Shown piece by piece: positions 8,179-18,815 of a stretch of 58,905 nucleotides of DNA (its first letter is position 1; every line of letters starts with the position of its first letter). Below the pieces are notes generated by a model. That model was not told the origin of the DNA. It saw only the letters and a program-made list of their open reading frames with translations, and did no database searches. The DNA comes from an uncultured Thermodesulfobacteriota bacterium (lineage in GTDB: Bacteria; Desulfobacterota; GWC2-55-46; JADFVP01). The DNA lies in assembly GCA_964474975.1 (NCBI GenBank), contig CAYYUX010000003.1, positions 1 through 58,905 on the forward strand, read 5' to 3'. The position numbers and the translations under genes are program-made.

Positions 8179-9909
8179 TCAGCCGCCAAGCTCCCCTAAA
8201 AGCCCTCTCACTTCGGCAACGGCTTCTTTTACGGGTACCTTCTTAACATTACCTGTGCGCCTGACCTTTATCTCTATAAGGCCCTCGGCAAGGTTTCTCT
8301 CTCCAACGACAACTCTCACCGGAATTCCGATAAGGTCGGCGTCTTTGAACTTTATCCCCGCCCTTACCTTCCTGTCGTCAAAAAGCGTCTCTACACCAGC
8401 CTCTGAAAGGGCGGTATAAATACCCTCTGCCGCCTTCATTGAAGGCTCGTCATTGACCTTTAAGACGAGGACTTCCACGGCAAATGGGGCAAGCCCGAGA
8501 GGCCATATTATCCCGGCGTCGTCATGGTTCTGCTCTATGGAAGCCGCCGCTGTCCTGCCGATACCTATGCCGTAGCAACCCATTATCATGGGGCGCTCTT
8601 TACCGTTAGTGTCAAGAAAGGTCGCACCCATGGCTTCGCTGTACTTTGTGCCGAGCTTAAAGACATGGCCGACTTCAATGCCCCGCCGCAAGCTCAATGT
8701 GCCATTGCATCGCGGACAGCCGTCACCGCAGACGGCAAAGGCAAGGTCTGAGTAAGAGGCCTCAAAATCACGGCCCGGGATTACGTTACTAATATGCGTA
8801 TCGGCCTTATTGGCCCCTGAAACCGCCCCTGACATGGACAGCACGCTGTAATCTGCGTATATTGGCGTCTTTAAACCCACGGGGCCGGCGAAACCCGAAG
8901 GCGCTCCCGTTACTCTTTGCACTGTCTCCTCATCGGCAAGGAAAACATCAGATACTTCAAGAACCCTTGCCAGCTTCATCTCATTAAGTTCAAGGTCGCC
9001 CCGTAAAAGAACTGCCACAGGCCCGTTCTCAGTCTCGTAGATAAGGGTTTTTATAAGATTTTTCGGACTCACGTTTAAAAATTCGCTTACCTCGTCAACA
9101 GTCTTTTTACCGGGCGTATTTACGTCCTTTACTGGCGCGGCGTTTTCTTCCGGAGAAGAAGGAATTTTATCTGCCGGAGCCCTCACCTCTGCGCGCTCCA
9201 CATTGGCGGCATACTCGCAGGCATCGCAGGCCGCGACCTCGTCTTCGCCCGTATCGGCAAGGACCATGAACTCATGAGAAAAACTTCCGCCAATAGCCCC
9301 TGACTCGGCCTCCACAGCCCTGAACTCAAGACCGCACCTCTCGAATATACGCCTGTAGGCGCCAAGCATATTCTTATACTCGGCCTCGGCGCTCTCATTA
9401 TCAGCGTGAAAGGAGTAGGCGTCCTTCATGACAAACTCCCTGCCGCGCATAAGGCCGAAACGAGGTCGTATTTCATCACGGAATTTCGTCTGTATCTGGT
9501 AGAGATTAAGGGGTAGCTGGCGATAGGAGCGCACTGTGGAGCGGACCAAATCGGTAATGACTTCCTCGTGCGTCGGTCCTACGCAAAATTCCCTATCATG
9601 ACGGTCAGTTACACGAAGAAGTTCAGGGCCGTACTTATCCCACCTTCCGCTCTCTTTCCATAGCTCCGAGGGGATAACAACAGGGAGGCTCACTTCCTGC
9701 GCCCCTGCCCTGTCCATTTCTTCACGAACGATATTTTCCACCTTCCTGAGAGCCCTCAGCCCTAATGGAAGTATTTCGTATATACCTGCGGCGGCCTTCT
9801 TAATCATCCCTGCGCGCATCATGAGGCGCTGGCTGACTACCTCGGCGTCTGCAGGCGATTCCTTAAGCGTGGGGAGCAGTATCCTTGAAAAACGCATTTT
9901 TTTACTCAA
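8179..9909 (-). CDS. proS: Proline--tRNA ligase (bacterial type with insertion editing domain)
   Basis: SQRLMMRAGMI, GPTHEEVIT, YQIQTKFRDEIRPRFGLMRGREF, GIEVGHVFKLGTKYS, MGCYGIGIGR. Confidence 0.99.
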   Translation of the reverse strand: MSKKMRFSRILLPTLKESPADAEVVSQRLMMRAGMIKKAAAGIYEILPLGLRALRKVENIVREEMDRAGAQEVSLPVVIPSELWKESGRWDKYGPELLRVTDRHDREFCVGPTHEEVITDLVRSTVRSYRQLPLNLYQIQTKFRDEIRPRFGLMRGREFVMKDAYSFHADNESAEAEYKNMLGAYRRIFERCGLEFRAVEAESGAIGGSFSHEFMVLADTGEDEVAACDACEYAANVERAEVRAPADKIPSSPEENAAPVKDVNTPGKKTVDEVSEFLNVSPKNLIKTLIYETENGPVAVLLRGDLELNEMKLARVLEVSDVFLADEETVQRVTGAPSGFAGPVGLKTPIYADYSVLSMSGAVSGANKADTHISNVIPGRDFEASYSDLAFAVCGDGCPRCNGTLSLRRGIEVGHVFKLGTKYSEAMGATFLDTNGKERPMIMGCYGIGIGRTAAASIEQNHDDAGIIWPLGLAPFAVEVLVLKVNDEPSMKAAEGIYTALSEAGVETLFDDRKVRAGIKFKDADLIGIPVRVVVGERNLAEGLIEIKVRRTGNVKKVPVKEAVAEVRGLLGELGG

Positions 9910-9930
9910 TCTCCTTTTCGAGCGTCTCTG

Positions 9931-11853
9931 TTACATGCGGTCTTCAAAGACCTGAATCTTAGCTTTTTTCCTCAGTGAATCAAGCCACTTATTAATCTTC
10001 TCATCTTTTTTTCTGGAACTTAACTTCTCTGTAAGCAAGGCTTTCTTCTCATCAGTAAGATTGGAAAGGTCAGCCTCTTTAGATGCCTTCCATACGATCA
10101 CATAAAAACTACCTGAGGATCTAATAGTTTTTTCGTAGACGGGTTTAGCTGAATCAAGCTCAAAAAGCGCGCCGTATGACCGCACGGGCAGACCGATGCC
10201 GGGAATAAAACCGTTTGACATGGAGAACAGTCCCGTGGTTTTAACTTTAAGCCCTTTGGCCTTTGCCGCGTCTTTAAGTTTTTTCCCGGACTTCACTGCC
10301 TTGAGAAGTTCCTTTGCCTCTTTTTTTGCGAGCCTCAGCGCCTTGCCGGCGGCAACCCTCTCTTTAACATCGGCCTTGACCTCTTCGTATTCAGGTATCC
10401 TTGCGTCCTGCCTCTTTAATACCTTTACGAGATAAATGCCCTCGTAGGTCTTTACGGGCTCGCTGAGCTCTCCCTCGTTCATGAAAAAAAGCGAATCCTT
10501 GAGCCTACCCGCCTTTTCAAGGGACTTATCAAAATGTTTTGAGTCAAAAAACGCAGTCTCATGCAACACAATACCATCGGTTCCCTTAAGGGCCGCTTTC
10601 AGAGCCTTTAACCCTTCGGCTTCTTTCATAGCCCCTTCAAGTGCCTTAATAGCCTCCACGGCCTTCCTCCTGGATAAGTCCTTTGAAAGCACTGCTTTAA
10701 TGGAGCTACGCACCTCGGAGAGGGGTTTTAAACTGGCGGGCTTTCTGCCCTCAAGCCTTATGATATGAGCGCCGAAAGGCGTCTCTACAACATCGCTGAC
10801 CTCGCCTTTTTTCAAGGCAAAGGCCGCCTCCTCAAAGGTTTTCATCATAACGCCCTTTGGAAACCAGCCAAGATCGCCGCCTTTTTTGGCAGAGCCGGGG
10901 TCTGAGGAGTATTTTCTGGCAAGGGCGCCAAAGTCTTCCCCTGCCTTTACCCTCGCGAGTATCTTGCGCGCCTCCTCAACGGCGGCTTTCTTTGCCGCTT
11001 CGCGGTCTTTGTTCTTCATATCGGGACGAATGAGAATATGCCTCGCGTGTATCTTCTCCGGGTTTGTATAACGGCCTTTATTTTTCTCGTAATAGGCTTT
11101 TATCTCGCGCTCGCTTAGAGAGGCGGCTTTTTTGAATGCGTCATAGGCGGCATAACCATAGAGGACTTTGATCTTTGCAGGAAGTACAAAATCCGTTGAA
11201 TGATCCATAAGATACTTCTTGCCCTCTTTATCAGTCACCGCAATATCACCCATTTTATCAGCGGCATTAACGGCGACGTAGGCAAGGTCTATCTCTTTAT
11301 TCTCACTGAGATAGGCCTTACGGATATCTTCTTCGCTTACAGATACGCCCTTTACTACCCCGGCGCGCATCTTTTCAACAAGGAGGTCTTTACGCACATC
11401 ATCTTCAAATTCATCAGGCTTCATACGCTCGGACCTCAGCGCGCTTAAATAACGATCATTATTAAATACACCATCTGTCTGAAAGGCGGCCATGGAGCCG
11501 ATAGTATCCTGAACCTCTTTTTTCGATACGCCGATCCCCTTGTCCTCGGCATCCATGACGGCAAGGCGCCTGTCTATGAGGATAGCAACGGCGTTTTTCT
11601 TGAGATTGAGACTTTTTTCAACAGAAGGTGTGAATTTATCTTTGAGAATATTGCGGTAGTAATCAGTAAGCCTCTTATGAAGGGCAAGGTAATCCTTCAT
11701 GTCTATGGGCTCTCCATTAACCGTAGCCACGGCGTTGGCGGACCGGCCCCTGCCACCAGGGCCGATGCCCCAGAAAACAAAAACCAGTATAATGGCGCCG
11801 AAAAGCAGTAAAATGTAGGTTGATTTTGTACTTTTTCGTATAGTTTCAAGCAT
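9931..11853 (-). CDS. ppiD: PpiD-like membrane-anchored periplasmic folding chaperone (SurA N-terminal and parvulin domains)
   Basis: MLETIRK...LLFGAIILVFVFWG anchor, ARHILI, FGALARKYSSDPGSAKKGGDLGWF, VVETPFGAHII. Confidence 0.85.
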   Translation of the reverse strand: MLETIRKSTKSTYILLLFGAIILVFVFWGIGPGGRGRSANAVATVNGEPIDMKDYLALHKRLTDYYRNILKDKFTPSVEKSLNLKKNAVAILIDRRLAVMDAEDKGIGVSKKEVQDTIGSMAAFQTDGVFNNDRYLSALRSERMKPDEFEDDVRKDLLVEKMRAGVVKGVSVSEEDIRKAYLSENKEIDLAYVAVNAADKMGDIAVTDKEGKKYLMDHSTDFVLPAKIKVLYGYAAYDAFKKAASLSEREIKAYYEKNKGRYTNPEKIHARHILIRPDMKNKDREAAKKAAVEEARKILARVKAGEDFGALARKYSSDPGSAKKGGDLGWFPKGVMMKTFEEAAFALKKGEVSDVVETPFGAHIIRLEGRKPASLKPLSEVRSSIKAVLSKDLSRRKAVEAIKALEGAMKEAEGLKALKAALKGTDGIVLHETAFFDSKHFDKSLEKAGRLKDSLFFMNEGELSEPVKTYEGIYLVKVLKRQDARIPEYEEVKADVKERVAAGKALRLAKKEAKELLKAVKSGKKLKDAAKAKGLKVKTTGLFSMSNGFIPGIGLPVRSYGALFELDSAKPVYEKTIRSSGSFYVIVWKASKEADLSNLTDEKKALLTEKLSSRKKDEKINKWLDSLRKKAKIQVFEDRM

Positions 11854-11976
11854 AAATCTCTTTTTCCTCCCCTTACAAAGCTCTTTGTAATAACCGTCAC
11901 ATAACGGATTGTCTTTTTAGTGTTAAATATTAAGGAATATTCTCTTCCAGTGCAACCTTTTTATGATATTTTATCC

Positions 11977-12006
11977 TTGCCAAACCAGACAACGCTCTGT
12001 TAAAAT
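11977..12006 (+). promoter_or_regulatory. Sigma70 promoter of the mre operon
   Basis: TTGCCA (11977-82), 18 nt spacer ending in TGT (extended -10), TAAAAT (12001-06). Confidence 0.55.
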
Positions 12007-12033
12007 CAAAAAAATTTACTCATTGGAGAGATA

Positions 12034-13065
12034 ATGCTGAATAGATTGATGAATATATTTTCAAACGACCTTGCTATCGACCTCGGCACGGCAAGCACCC
12101 TGATATACGTAAAAGGCAAAGGAATAGTCACTAACGAGCCATCTGTCGTTGCCGTAAAACGAGATGGCGGCTCTCAGAGGATACTTGCCGTAGGCACGGA
12201 CGCCAAGGCAATGCTCGGCAAGACTCCCGGAAACATCTCTGCCATCCGTCCCCTTAAAGACGGCGTCATCGCCGACTTCGAGGTCACAGAGGAGATGTTG
12301 AAGTATTTTATCGCCAAAGTCCACAACAGGAAATTTTTTGTTCGTCCGAGGATTATAGTAGGCGTGCCATCAGGCATTACGCAGGTAGAAAAAAGGGCCG
12401 TTAAAGAGTCTGCCTACTCAGCCGGTGCATCAGAGGTATATCTTATCGAAGAACCCATGGCCGCGGCCATCGGAGCGGGACTGCCCATAACAGACCCCTC
12501 GGGCAACATGATAGTAGACATCGGCGGCGGCACCTCGGAGATAGCCGTAATATCTCTTGCCGGCATCGTCCGCTCAAAATCCATTCGTGTCGGAGGCGAT
12601 ATGCTCGACCAGGTCATATCGCAGTACATAAAGAGAAAATACAACCTCTCCATCGGCACGGGTGTCGCCGAGACCATAAAAATGCGCTTCGGCCTATCTC
12701 TGCCTGATGATGAGATATCCAAAATGGAGATTAAAGGCTCAAACCTCATCACAGGTATCCCAACCACGCTCGAGATAGAAGGTCAGGAGATACGCGAGGC
12801 CATGAACGAGACAATCGCCTCACTCATAGACGCCGTTAAACACGTCCTTGAGACAACGCCTCCAGAGCTTGCCGCCGACCTCGTTGACAAGGGCATCGTC
12901 CTTGCCGGCGGCGGCGCGCTCATCAAAAACCTTGACATCATTTTAAGAGAAGAGACCATGCTCCCCGTAACTATCGCAGACGACCCCCTTACCTGCGTTG
13001 TCAAGGGCGCAGGAAGGCTCCTTGACGAAATCTCTCTCTTAAAAGACGTAACCCTGCCAAACTAA
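12034..13065 (+). CDS. mreB: Rod shape-determining protein MreB
   Basis: DLAIDLGTA, EPSVVA, RPLKDGVIADF, IEEPMAAAIGAG, VDIGGGTSE, VLAGGGAL. Confidence 0.99.
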   Translation: MLNRLMNIFSNDLAIDLGTASTLIYVKGKGIVTNEPSVVAVKRDGGSQRILAVGTDAKAMLGKTPGNISAIRPLKDGVIADFEVTEEMLKYFIAKVHNRKFFVRPRIIVGVPSGITQVEKRAVKESAYSAGASEVYLIEEPMAAAIGAGLPITDPSGNMIVDIGGGTSEIAVISLAGIVRSKSIRVGGDMLDQVISQYIKRKYNLSIGTGVAETIKMRFGLSLPDDEISKMEIKGSNLITGIPTTLEIEGQEIREAMNETIASLIDAVKHVLETTPPELAADLVDKGIVLAGGGALIKNLDIILREETMLPVTIADDPLTCVVKGAGRLLDEISLLKDVTLPN

Positions 13066-13348
13066 GGTCCCAGCCATAAGGGATGCATGAAACATAACGG
13101 CGGCTCACGGTACGAATCGGGATAATCAGCATTACAGGGCAAAAGCTATACAGGAGTAGATGCTGGGGCAGGAAAGCATCCGGGATATGAGACAGGTTCC
13201 ATGGTTATGGACCTTTCCATGGTAGATAGGGTTAAGAGAAACAACGGGGGTATAGGAAAAAAGGGGAGGTGCCATAGGAATTCAATACTCACACATAAGA
13301 CTGCCTGCCAGCCTTTGTTACACCCAAAACAGACCGGCTAAAGATAAA

Positions 13349-14179
13349 ATGACCTCCTTTATTAAAAAGAATCAGATTATTATAGTAACGGCCATCCTGG
13401 CGTTATTCTCCCTCCATCTCGCCCTCACCGATACAAGCGTCGGCGAGCGTGGTTATGTTGTAAAAAGACTTATATCCCTTACCCTCACGCCCATACAGGA
13501 GTCCATCCTCTCTGTCTACAATACAGGCGCGGGAGCAGTTGATAACTACATAGCAGTCGTAGACGCGAAACAGGAAAACGAACGCTACCGCAAGGCCCTT
13601 CTAACCATGGAAGAGGAAAATCACCGCCTCAAGGAAGAGCTAAAGCTATCGGGCCGACTGAAGACGCTCCTGCAGTACAAAGACAGGCAGGCAATACCAA
13701 CGACCTCGGCCGGTGTAGTCGCCTACAACTCGGCAAGGTGGACAAGAACAGCCGTCATAAACAAAGGCTCCAGCGATAATATAAGCCGTGATATGGCCGT
13801 AATAAGCCCTGCGGGAATTGTCGGAAGAATCACCGATGTAACGCCATCGACGGCTATTGTGCTTCTTAACACCGACCCGCGGTCGAATATCGAGGCCATG
13901 GTCGAGCGCACAAGGGTTCGCGCCATTGCCGAGGGAAACGGAAAAGGCGGCCTTGTATTAAAATACGTACGTGAACTTGACGATGTCCGTGTGGGCGACC
14001 ATGTCATTACCTCGGGCTTTACGGGACTCTTTCCAAAGGGACTTGTCATAGGCGAGGTCACTGACGTAAGGAAAGGCCGCGACAATTTTTTTAATCACAT
14101 TGAGGTTACCCCTGCCGTGGACTTCAAGACCCTCGAGGACGTACTCGTAGTCCTGAAGGCCTCAAAGAAGAAAAAATAA
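13349..14179 (+). CDS. mreC: Rod shape-determining protein MreC
   Basis: N-terminal TM helix, coiled coil, INKGSSD...MAVI...GIVGRI, VITSGFTGLFPKGLVIGEV. Confidence 0.95.
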   Translation: MTSFIKKNQIIIVTAILALFSLHLALTDTSVGERGYVVKRLISLTLTPIQESILSVYNTGAGAVDNYIAVVDAKQENERYRKALLTMEEENHRLKEELKLSGRLKTLLQYKDRQAIPTTSAGVVAYNSARWTRTAVINKGSSDNISRDMAVISPAGIVGRITDVTPSTAIVLLNTDPRSNIEAMVERTRVRAIAEGNGKGGLVLKYVRELDDVRVGDHVITSGFTGLFPKGLVIGEVTDVRKGRDNFFNHIEVTPAVDFKTLEDVLVVLKASKKKK

Positions 14180-14223
14180 GATAATCGGCAGGCGGTTCTT
14201 AACATAACAGTGAGCATAGTATC

Positions 14224-14703
14224 ATGCGCGACTACATAGCCCTTTTTATTATAACCATCACATACCTCGTTCTGGAAAGCACCATAATGACATCACTGCC
14301 CCTGCCCGATGTCCTCCTGATTCTGGTCTTCTACACTGCCGCAAGAAGGCCCTCTACGCTTGGGGTACTGGTATGCTTTGCCCTCGGCTACCTCGAGGAT
14401 ATCTTTCTCGGCGGCGTCCTCGGCGCTACATCCTTTGCCTTTATGGCCGTCTTTCTCTCTGTATATCTTCTCAGCAGAAAAGTACACTTTGTCTCTCCCG
14501 GCGTAGCGGCGGTTACGGCCCTCGCCTTATCCGCCCTCAAGGTCCTTCTCATCTACAGCATCATGCGCACCATTAGCGGAGACCTCGGGCTCTCCGTATT
14601 CACGGCGGCGCAGATAATCCTTACCGCTGTCTTCGCGCCCTTTGTAATCACCCTCCTTGAACGCTTTGAGACGATCTTGTCGCCCCATGCGTTTGAGAGG
14701 TAA
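14224..14703 (+). CDS. mreD: Rod shape-determining protein MreD
   Basis: Hydrophobic 159 aa protein with LPDVLLILV and GYLEDIF motifs; lies between mreC and mrdA. Confidence 0.88.
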   Translation: MRDYIALFIITITYLVLESTIMTSLPLPDVLLILVFYTAARRPSTLGVLVCFALGYLEDIFLGGVLGATSFAFMAVFLSVYLLSRKVHFVSPGVAAVTALALSALKVLLIYSIMRTISGDLGLSVFTAAQIILTAVFAPFVITLLERFETILSPHAFER

Positions 14704-14711
14704 ACCGCTAA

Positions 14712-16595
14712 ATGTCATCAAGATACTTTCAGGAAAAAGAACCCGTTAAGTTCAAAAAAAGGGTCTTCCTCTCAACTATCCTTGCTGGTGTCCTCTTTTT
14801 TTTCATAATCGCACAGCTATGGCATCTACAGATAATGAACGGTAGATACTACGGGGAGCTCTCACGCAACAACAAGACGAGAACCGTTAAATCACAGGCA
14901 CCCCGCGGCATACTCTACGACAGAAACGGTATAAAACTCGCTATAAACAGGCCCGGTTTCGACCTCTACATAATACCCGAAGACGTAACGGACTGGCCAA
15001 AGACAACGGCCATGTTAAAGCGTCTCGCCGATATCGATGAAGATACCATCAAAGATAAGCTCAAACGCGCCAGGGGACAGCCGCCCTTCAGGGCCGTAAA
15101 ACTCAAGGAAGACCTCTCATGGGAAGAGACTGTAAAGATAGAGAGTTTCAACTTCGAGATGCACGGAGTAATGCTTGACGTAACTCCGAAAAGAGAATAC
15201 ATATACGGCCCCGCCACCGCCCATCTCATAGGTTATATCGGCGAATTGAATATAGATGAGCTGAAGAGGCTCAAAGCAAAGGGATACGATGCCGGCGCTC
15301 ACATAGGCAAATACGGCCTTGAGAAGAGCTACGAAGAGTTTATACGCGGCGATGACGGCTACAAGGACCTTGAGGTAGACGCCCTTGGGAGAAAGATCAA
15401 CGTCCTCGGATGGACTCCGCCCTACCGCGGAAATGACGTAACCCTTACCATAGACTTAAGGACACAGCTTACGGCATGGCAGGCCCTCGGCGAAAAAGCC
15501 GGCGCTGTCGTGGCCCTCGACCCGAACACCGGCCAAGTTCTCGCCATGGTAAGTAAACCTGCCTTTGACCCCAATAAACTCTCTGCAGGCATCACCGGCA
15601 AAGATTGGCGCGCCCTTGTGCGTAACCCTCTGCACCCCCTTACAAACAGGGTCATTCAGGGACAATATCCGCCGGCGTCTACCTACAAACCCATTGTAGC
15701 CGCCTCTGCCCTTACGGAGAAGGCCATACTTCCAGATACCCTCATCGAGTCCGGCCCGGTCTTCAAATTCGCAGGACGAGGCTACCGCGACTGGAAAGAA
15801 AAGGGCCACGGAATTATCAACTACAAAAGGGCTATCATCGAGTCTTCAGATACCTTTTTCTATCAGGTAGGGCTCATGCTCGGCGTTGACACACTTGCAA
15901 AACACGCAAAATCCTTTGGACTCGGCTCAAAGACAGGCATAAGGCTCGGAGGTGAAAAATCGGGCCTTATTCCAAGCAAGGCGTGGAAAAAAAAGGTAAA
16001 GGGAGAGAGGTGGTATAAGGGCGAGACTATCTCCATCGCCGTTGGACAGGGTTTTATGCTCGCCACACCCCTTCAGCTCGCAAGCGCCTTCTCGGCCATC
16101 GCCAACGGAGGCACCCTCTTCAGGCCCGAAATAGTAGCGAGCATTGCCACGCCCGACGGCAAGGTCCTTCAGGACTTTACCCCGGAAATAAGGAATATAG
16201 TGGATATACCGCCGAAGATACTCGCAAAGATTCGCAGGGCCCTCCATGGCGTAGTAAACGACAAGAAAGGCACGGCCAGAGGCCTGCGTAGCAAAGGCCT
16301 GCGGATAGCGGGAAAGACAGGAACCGCGCAGGTATCACGCCTTATAGAAAGAGAACACGACCTTAAGAAAATAAGATATAAACTCCGGGACCATGCCTGG
16401 TTTGTGGGTTTCGCGCCTTATGACGACCCGAAGATAGTGGTTGCCGTACTCGTTGAACACGGCGGTTTCGGAGCTAGCGCCGCGGCGCCCATAGCCAAAA
16501 AAGTCATTAAGGCCTTTCTCACGGGAAGGGCAGACATAAGCTCTTTACAGGCGAATAAGCCGAATGACCTCGGCCCATGGAGGAAAAAAAGATAA
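14712..16595 (+). CDS. mrdA: Penicillin-binding protein 2
   Basis: APRGILYDRNG, YPPASTYK (SxxK), ESSDTFFY (SxD), AGKTGTAQ (KTG), DHAWFVGFAP. Confidence 0.97.
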   Translation: MSSRYFQEKEPVKFKKRVFLSTILAGVLFFFIIAQLWHLQIMNGRYYGELSRNNKTRTVKSQAPRGILYDRNGIKLAINRPGFDLYIIPEDVTDWPKTTAMLKRLADIDEDTIKDKLKRARGQPPFRAVKLKEDLSWEETVKIESFNFEMHGVMLDVTPKREYIYGPATAHLIGYIGELNIDELKRLKAKGYDAGAHIGKYGLEKSYEEFIRGDDGYKDLEVDALGRKINVLGWTPPYRGNDVTLTIDLRTQLTAWQALGEKAGAVVALDPNTGQVLAMVSKPAFDPNKLSAGITGKDWRALVRNPLHPLTNRVIQGQYPPASTYKPIVAASALTEKAILPDTLIESGPVFKFAGRGYRDWKEKGHGIINYKRAIIESSDTFFYQVGLMLGVDTLAKHAKSFGLGSKTGIRLGGEKSGLIPSKAWKKKVKGERWYKGETISIAVGQGFMLATPLQLASAFSAIANGGTLFRPEIVASIATPDGKVLQDFTPEIRNIVDIPPKILAKIRRALHGVVNDKKGTARGLRSKGLRIAGKTGTAQVSRLIEREHDLKKIRYKLRDHAWFVGFAPYDDPKIVVAVLVEHGGFGASAAAPIAKKVIKAFLTGRADISSLQANKPNDLGPWRKKR

Positions 16596-17695
16596 TGGCC
16601 CTCTCCATTGATAAACGGATACTGACACATATAGACTTTGCCGCCCTCGGACTCACAATAGTACTAGCCCTCATAGGCATCGCCTCTATCTACAGCGCCA
16701 CCTTCCGCAATAACCCCGGCATATACACAAGGGCCATATACTGGTTTGTCATTGGCCTCATATTTCTCGTGACAGCGGCGCTGATTAACTACCACATCCT
16801 CGAGCGCTTTGCCTACCTCATATACGGCGGTTCCATTGTCCTGCTTCTCCTTGTCTTTGCCGTTGGAAAATCAAGCGGCGGAGCCCAGAGATGGCTCAAC
16901 GTCGGGGGTTTCTCTCTTCAGCCCTCGGAGATTGCCAAGATAGCCCTTATCATAATGCTTGCGCAATACCTGAGCCTAAAAAAGCTCCCGGACCAGGGCC
17001 TTGGGATAAAAGACCTCTTTATACCCGCCTTAATACTCTTTGCGCCCTTTGTCCTTATTATGAAACAGCCTGACCTCGGAACGGCTATTATCCTCTCGGC
17101 CATCTTCTGCTCAATGACACTGGTTGTGGGAGTAAAAATACGGACACTGGCGGCCATAACAGCCGTTCTCTCGGCCATAGCGCCCTTTGCATGGCTAAGC
17201 CTCAAGAGCTATCAAAAGAAGCGGCTAACGAGCTTTCTAAGCCCCGGAAGCGACCCCTTCGGCTCTGGATATCACCTCCTGCAGAGCAAAATTGCCATCG
17301 GCTCCGGGGGTTTTATCGGCAAGGGCTTCACGGGAAGCTCGCAGGGGAAGCTTATGTTCCTGCCCGAGCATCATACGGACTTCATCTTCTCAATACTCGC
17401 CGAAGAATGGGGTTTTATCGGCGCCGTAATTGTGGTAATGATATTCTTCGTCCTCATATTAAAGGGGCTCAACGCGGCGGGCTCATCAAAAGACAGGTTC
17501 GGCTTCTTACTTGCCTTCGGCATCTCGGCCATGCTCTTCTGGCATGTTGTGATAAACCTCGGCATGGTCACAGGGCTCCTGCCTGTAGTTGGAGTGCCTT
17601 TGCCCTTTATCAGCTACGGCGGATCTTTTCTTGTAGTCTCCATGACTGCCATGGGGCTTATTATAAATATACGAATGCGAAGATTTATATTTTAA
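16595..17695 (+). CDS. rodA: Peptidoglycan glycosyltransferase RodA
   Basis: GAQRWL, QPSEIAK, QPDLGT, GYHLLQSKIAIGSGG, LPEHHTDFIFS, PLPFISYGGS. Start taken at the TAATG overlap with mrdA (ORF track gives 16577). Confidence 0.96.
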   Translation: MALSIDKRILTHIDFAALGLTIVLALIGIASIYSATFRNNPGIYTRAIYWFVIGLIFLVTAALINYHILERFAYLIYGGSIVLLLLVFAVGKSSGGAQRWLNVGGFSLQPSEIAKIALIIMLAQYLSLKKLPDQGLGIKDLFIPALILFAPFVLIMKQPDLGTAIILSAIFCSMTLVVGVKIRTLAAITAVLSAIAPFAWLSLKSYQKKRLTSFLSPGSDPFGSGYHLLQSKIAIGSGGFIGKGFTGSSQGKLMFLPEHHTDFIFSILAEEWGFIGAVIVVMIFFVLILKGLNAAGSSKDRFGFLLAFGISAMLFWHVVINLGMVTGLLPVVGVPLPFISYGGSFLVVSMTAMGLIINIRMRRFIF

Positions 17696-17756
17696 AATCT
17701 TTATCCGGATTTACGTTTGCGGCAAGGGCATTTCCGGCTGGATATTACCCGATATA

Positions 17757-18218
17757 ATGAAAAACAAACTTATAATCTTTCTTGCCACGACCGCTTATGT
17801 CGGGCTCCTTCCAAAGGCCCCCGGAACATTCGGCACTCTCTGGGGAATCCTCTTGGCCTACCTTGAAGGAGGCCGGGGGTTTGCTTTTCACGGTGCCTTC
17901 ATTATCGCCATCACCGCTGTCTCAATATACATATCAGGCGAGGCCGCCCGGATTATCGGCAAAAAAGACCCCGGCGAGGTAGTATGCGACGAGGTAGCCG
18001 GAGTCCTCGTAGCCTTTTTTCTTTTGCCCTTTACAGCCTTTAACGCCATATTGGTATTTATTCTCTTTCGTATTTTTGATATTCTAAAGCCATACCCCGT
18101 TTCTTTTCTCGACAGAACTATCAAAGGCGGGACAGGCATAGTCCTTGACGATATCGCCGCGGGAATCTACGCCAATATCGTGGCCCATGTAATCCTGCTT
18201 GTATTAAGCAGGGCCTAA
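17757..18218 (+). CDS. pgpA: Phosphatidylglycerophosphatase A
   Basis: PKAPGTFGT, KDPGEVVCDEVAG, FRIFDILKPYP, GIVLDDIAAG. Confidence 0.95.
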   Translation: MKNKLIIFLATTAYVGLLPKAPGTFGTLWGILLAYLEGGRGFAFHGAFIIAITAVSIYISGEAARIIGKKDPGEVVCDEVAGVLVAFFLLPFTAFNAILVFILFRIFDILKPYPVSFLDRTIKGGTGIVLDDIAAGIYANIVAHVILLVLSRA

Positions 18219-18241
18219 ACCATTAAGGAGCCCCTAATAAG

Positions 18242-18718
18242 ATGACTGCGGCCCCGATGGCCTTTAAGACAGGCTCAAGTCTCCTTGAGAGCGGGCTTAC
18301 CCTTTCCACGGCAGAGTCATGCACTGGCGGGCTCATCTCAAAGCTCTTGACAGACGTGCCGGGAAGCTCCGCATACTACATGGGCGGGGTTATCTCATAC
18401 AGTAACGAGTCTAAAATAAAGCTTCTCGGCGTTAGAGAAGATACGCTTAAGGACTTCGGCGCCGTCTCCGCCGAGACGGCTTTGGAGATGGCCGAGGGCG
18501 TTAGAAAAGCCCTCTCCACGGAGTGCTCGCTTGCCGTGACGGGCATAGCCGGCCCCGGAGGCGGCTCTGATAAAAAACCCGTGGGTACAGTCTTCATAGC
18601 CTGCGCCAGAGATGGCCTTGATACGCTCAGCGAGGGTTTCCTCTTCAAGGGGACGCGCGCCGAGATAAGGGCTCAATCCGCAGAAGCGGCCATGGAGCTT
18701 CTTCTTAAAAGGCTATGA
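18242..18718 (+). CDS. pncC: CinA C-terminal domain protein / NMN amidohydrolase
   Basis: STAESCTGG, VPGSSAY, YSNESK, GAVSAETA, VTGIAGPGGG..KPVGTV; no N-terminal MoCF domain. Confidence 0.9.
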   Translation: MTAAPMAFKTGSSLLESGLTLSTAESCTGGLISKLLTDVPGSSAYYMGGVISYSNESKIKLLGVREDTLKDFGAVSAETALEMAEGVRKALSTECSLAVTGIAGPGGGSDKKPVGTVFIACARDGLDTLSEGFLFKGTRAEIRAQSAEAAMELLLKRL

Positions 18719-18815
18719 CTCCATTGATGTTGTATAATTAAGGTCTTTATCTATTAAAAAAACAATTAAGATGGCCGTAAACGCTTTATGAATCACGGCT
18801 CATGGAGGTCTTAAG

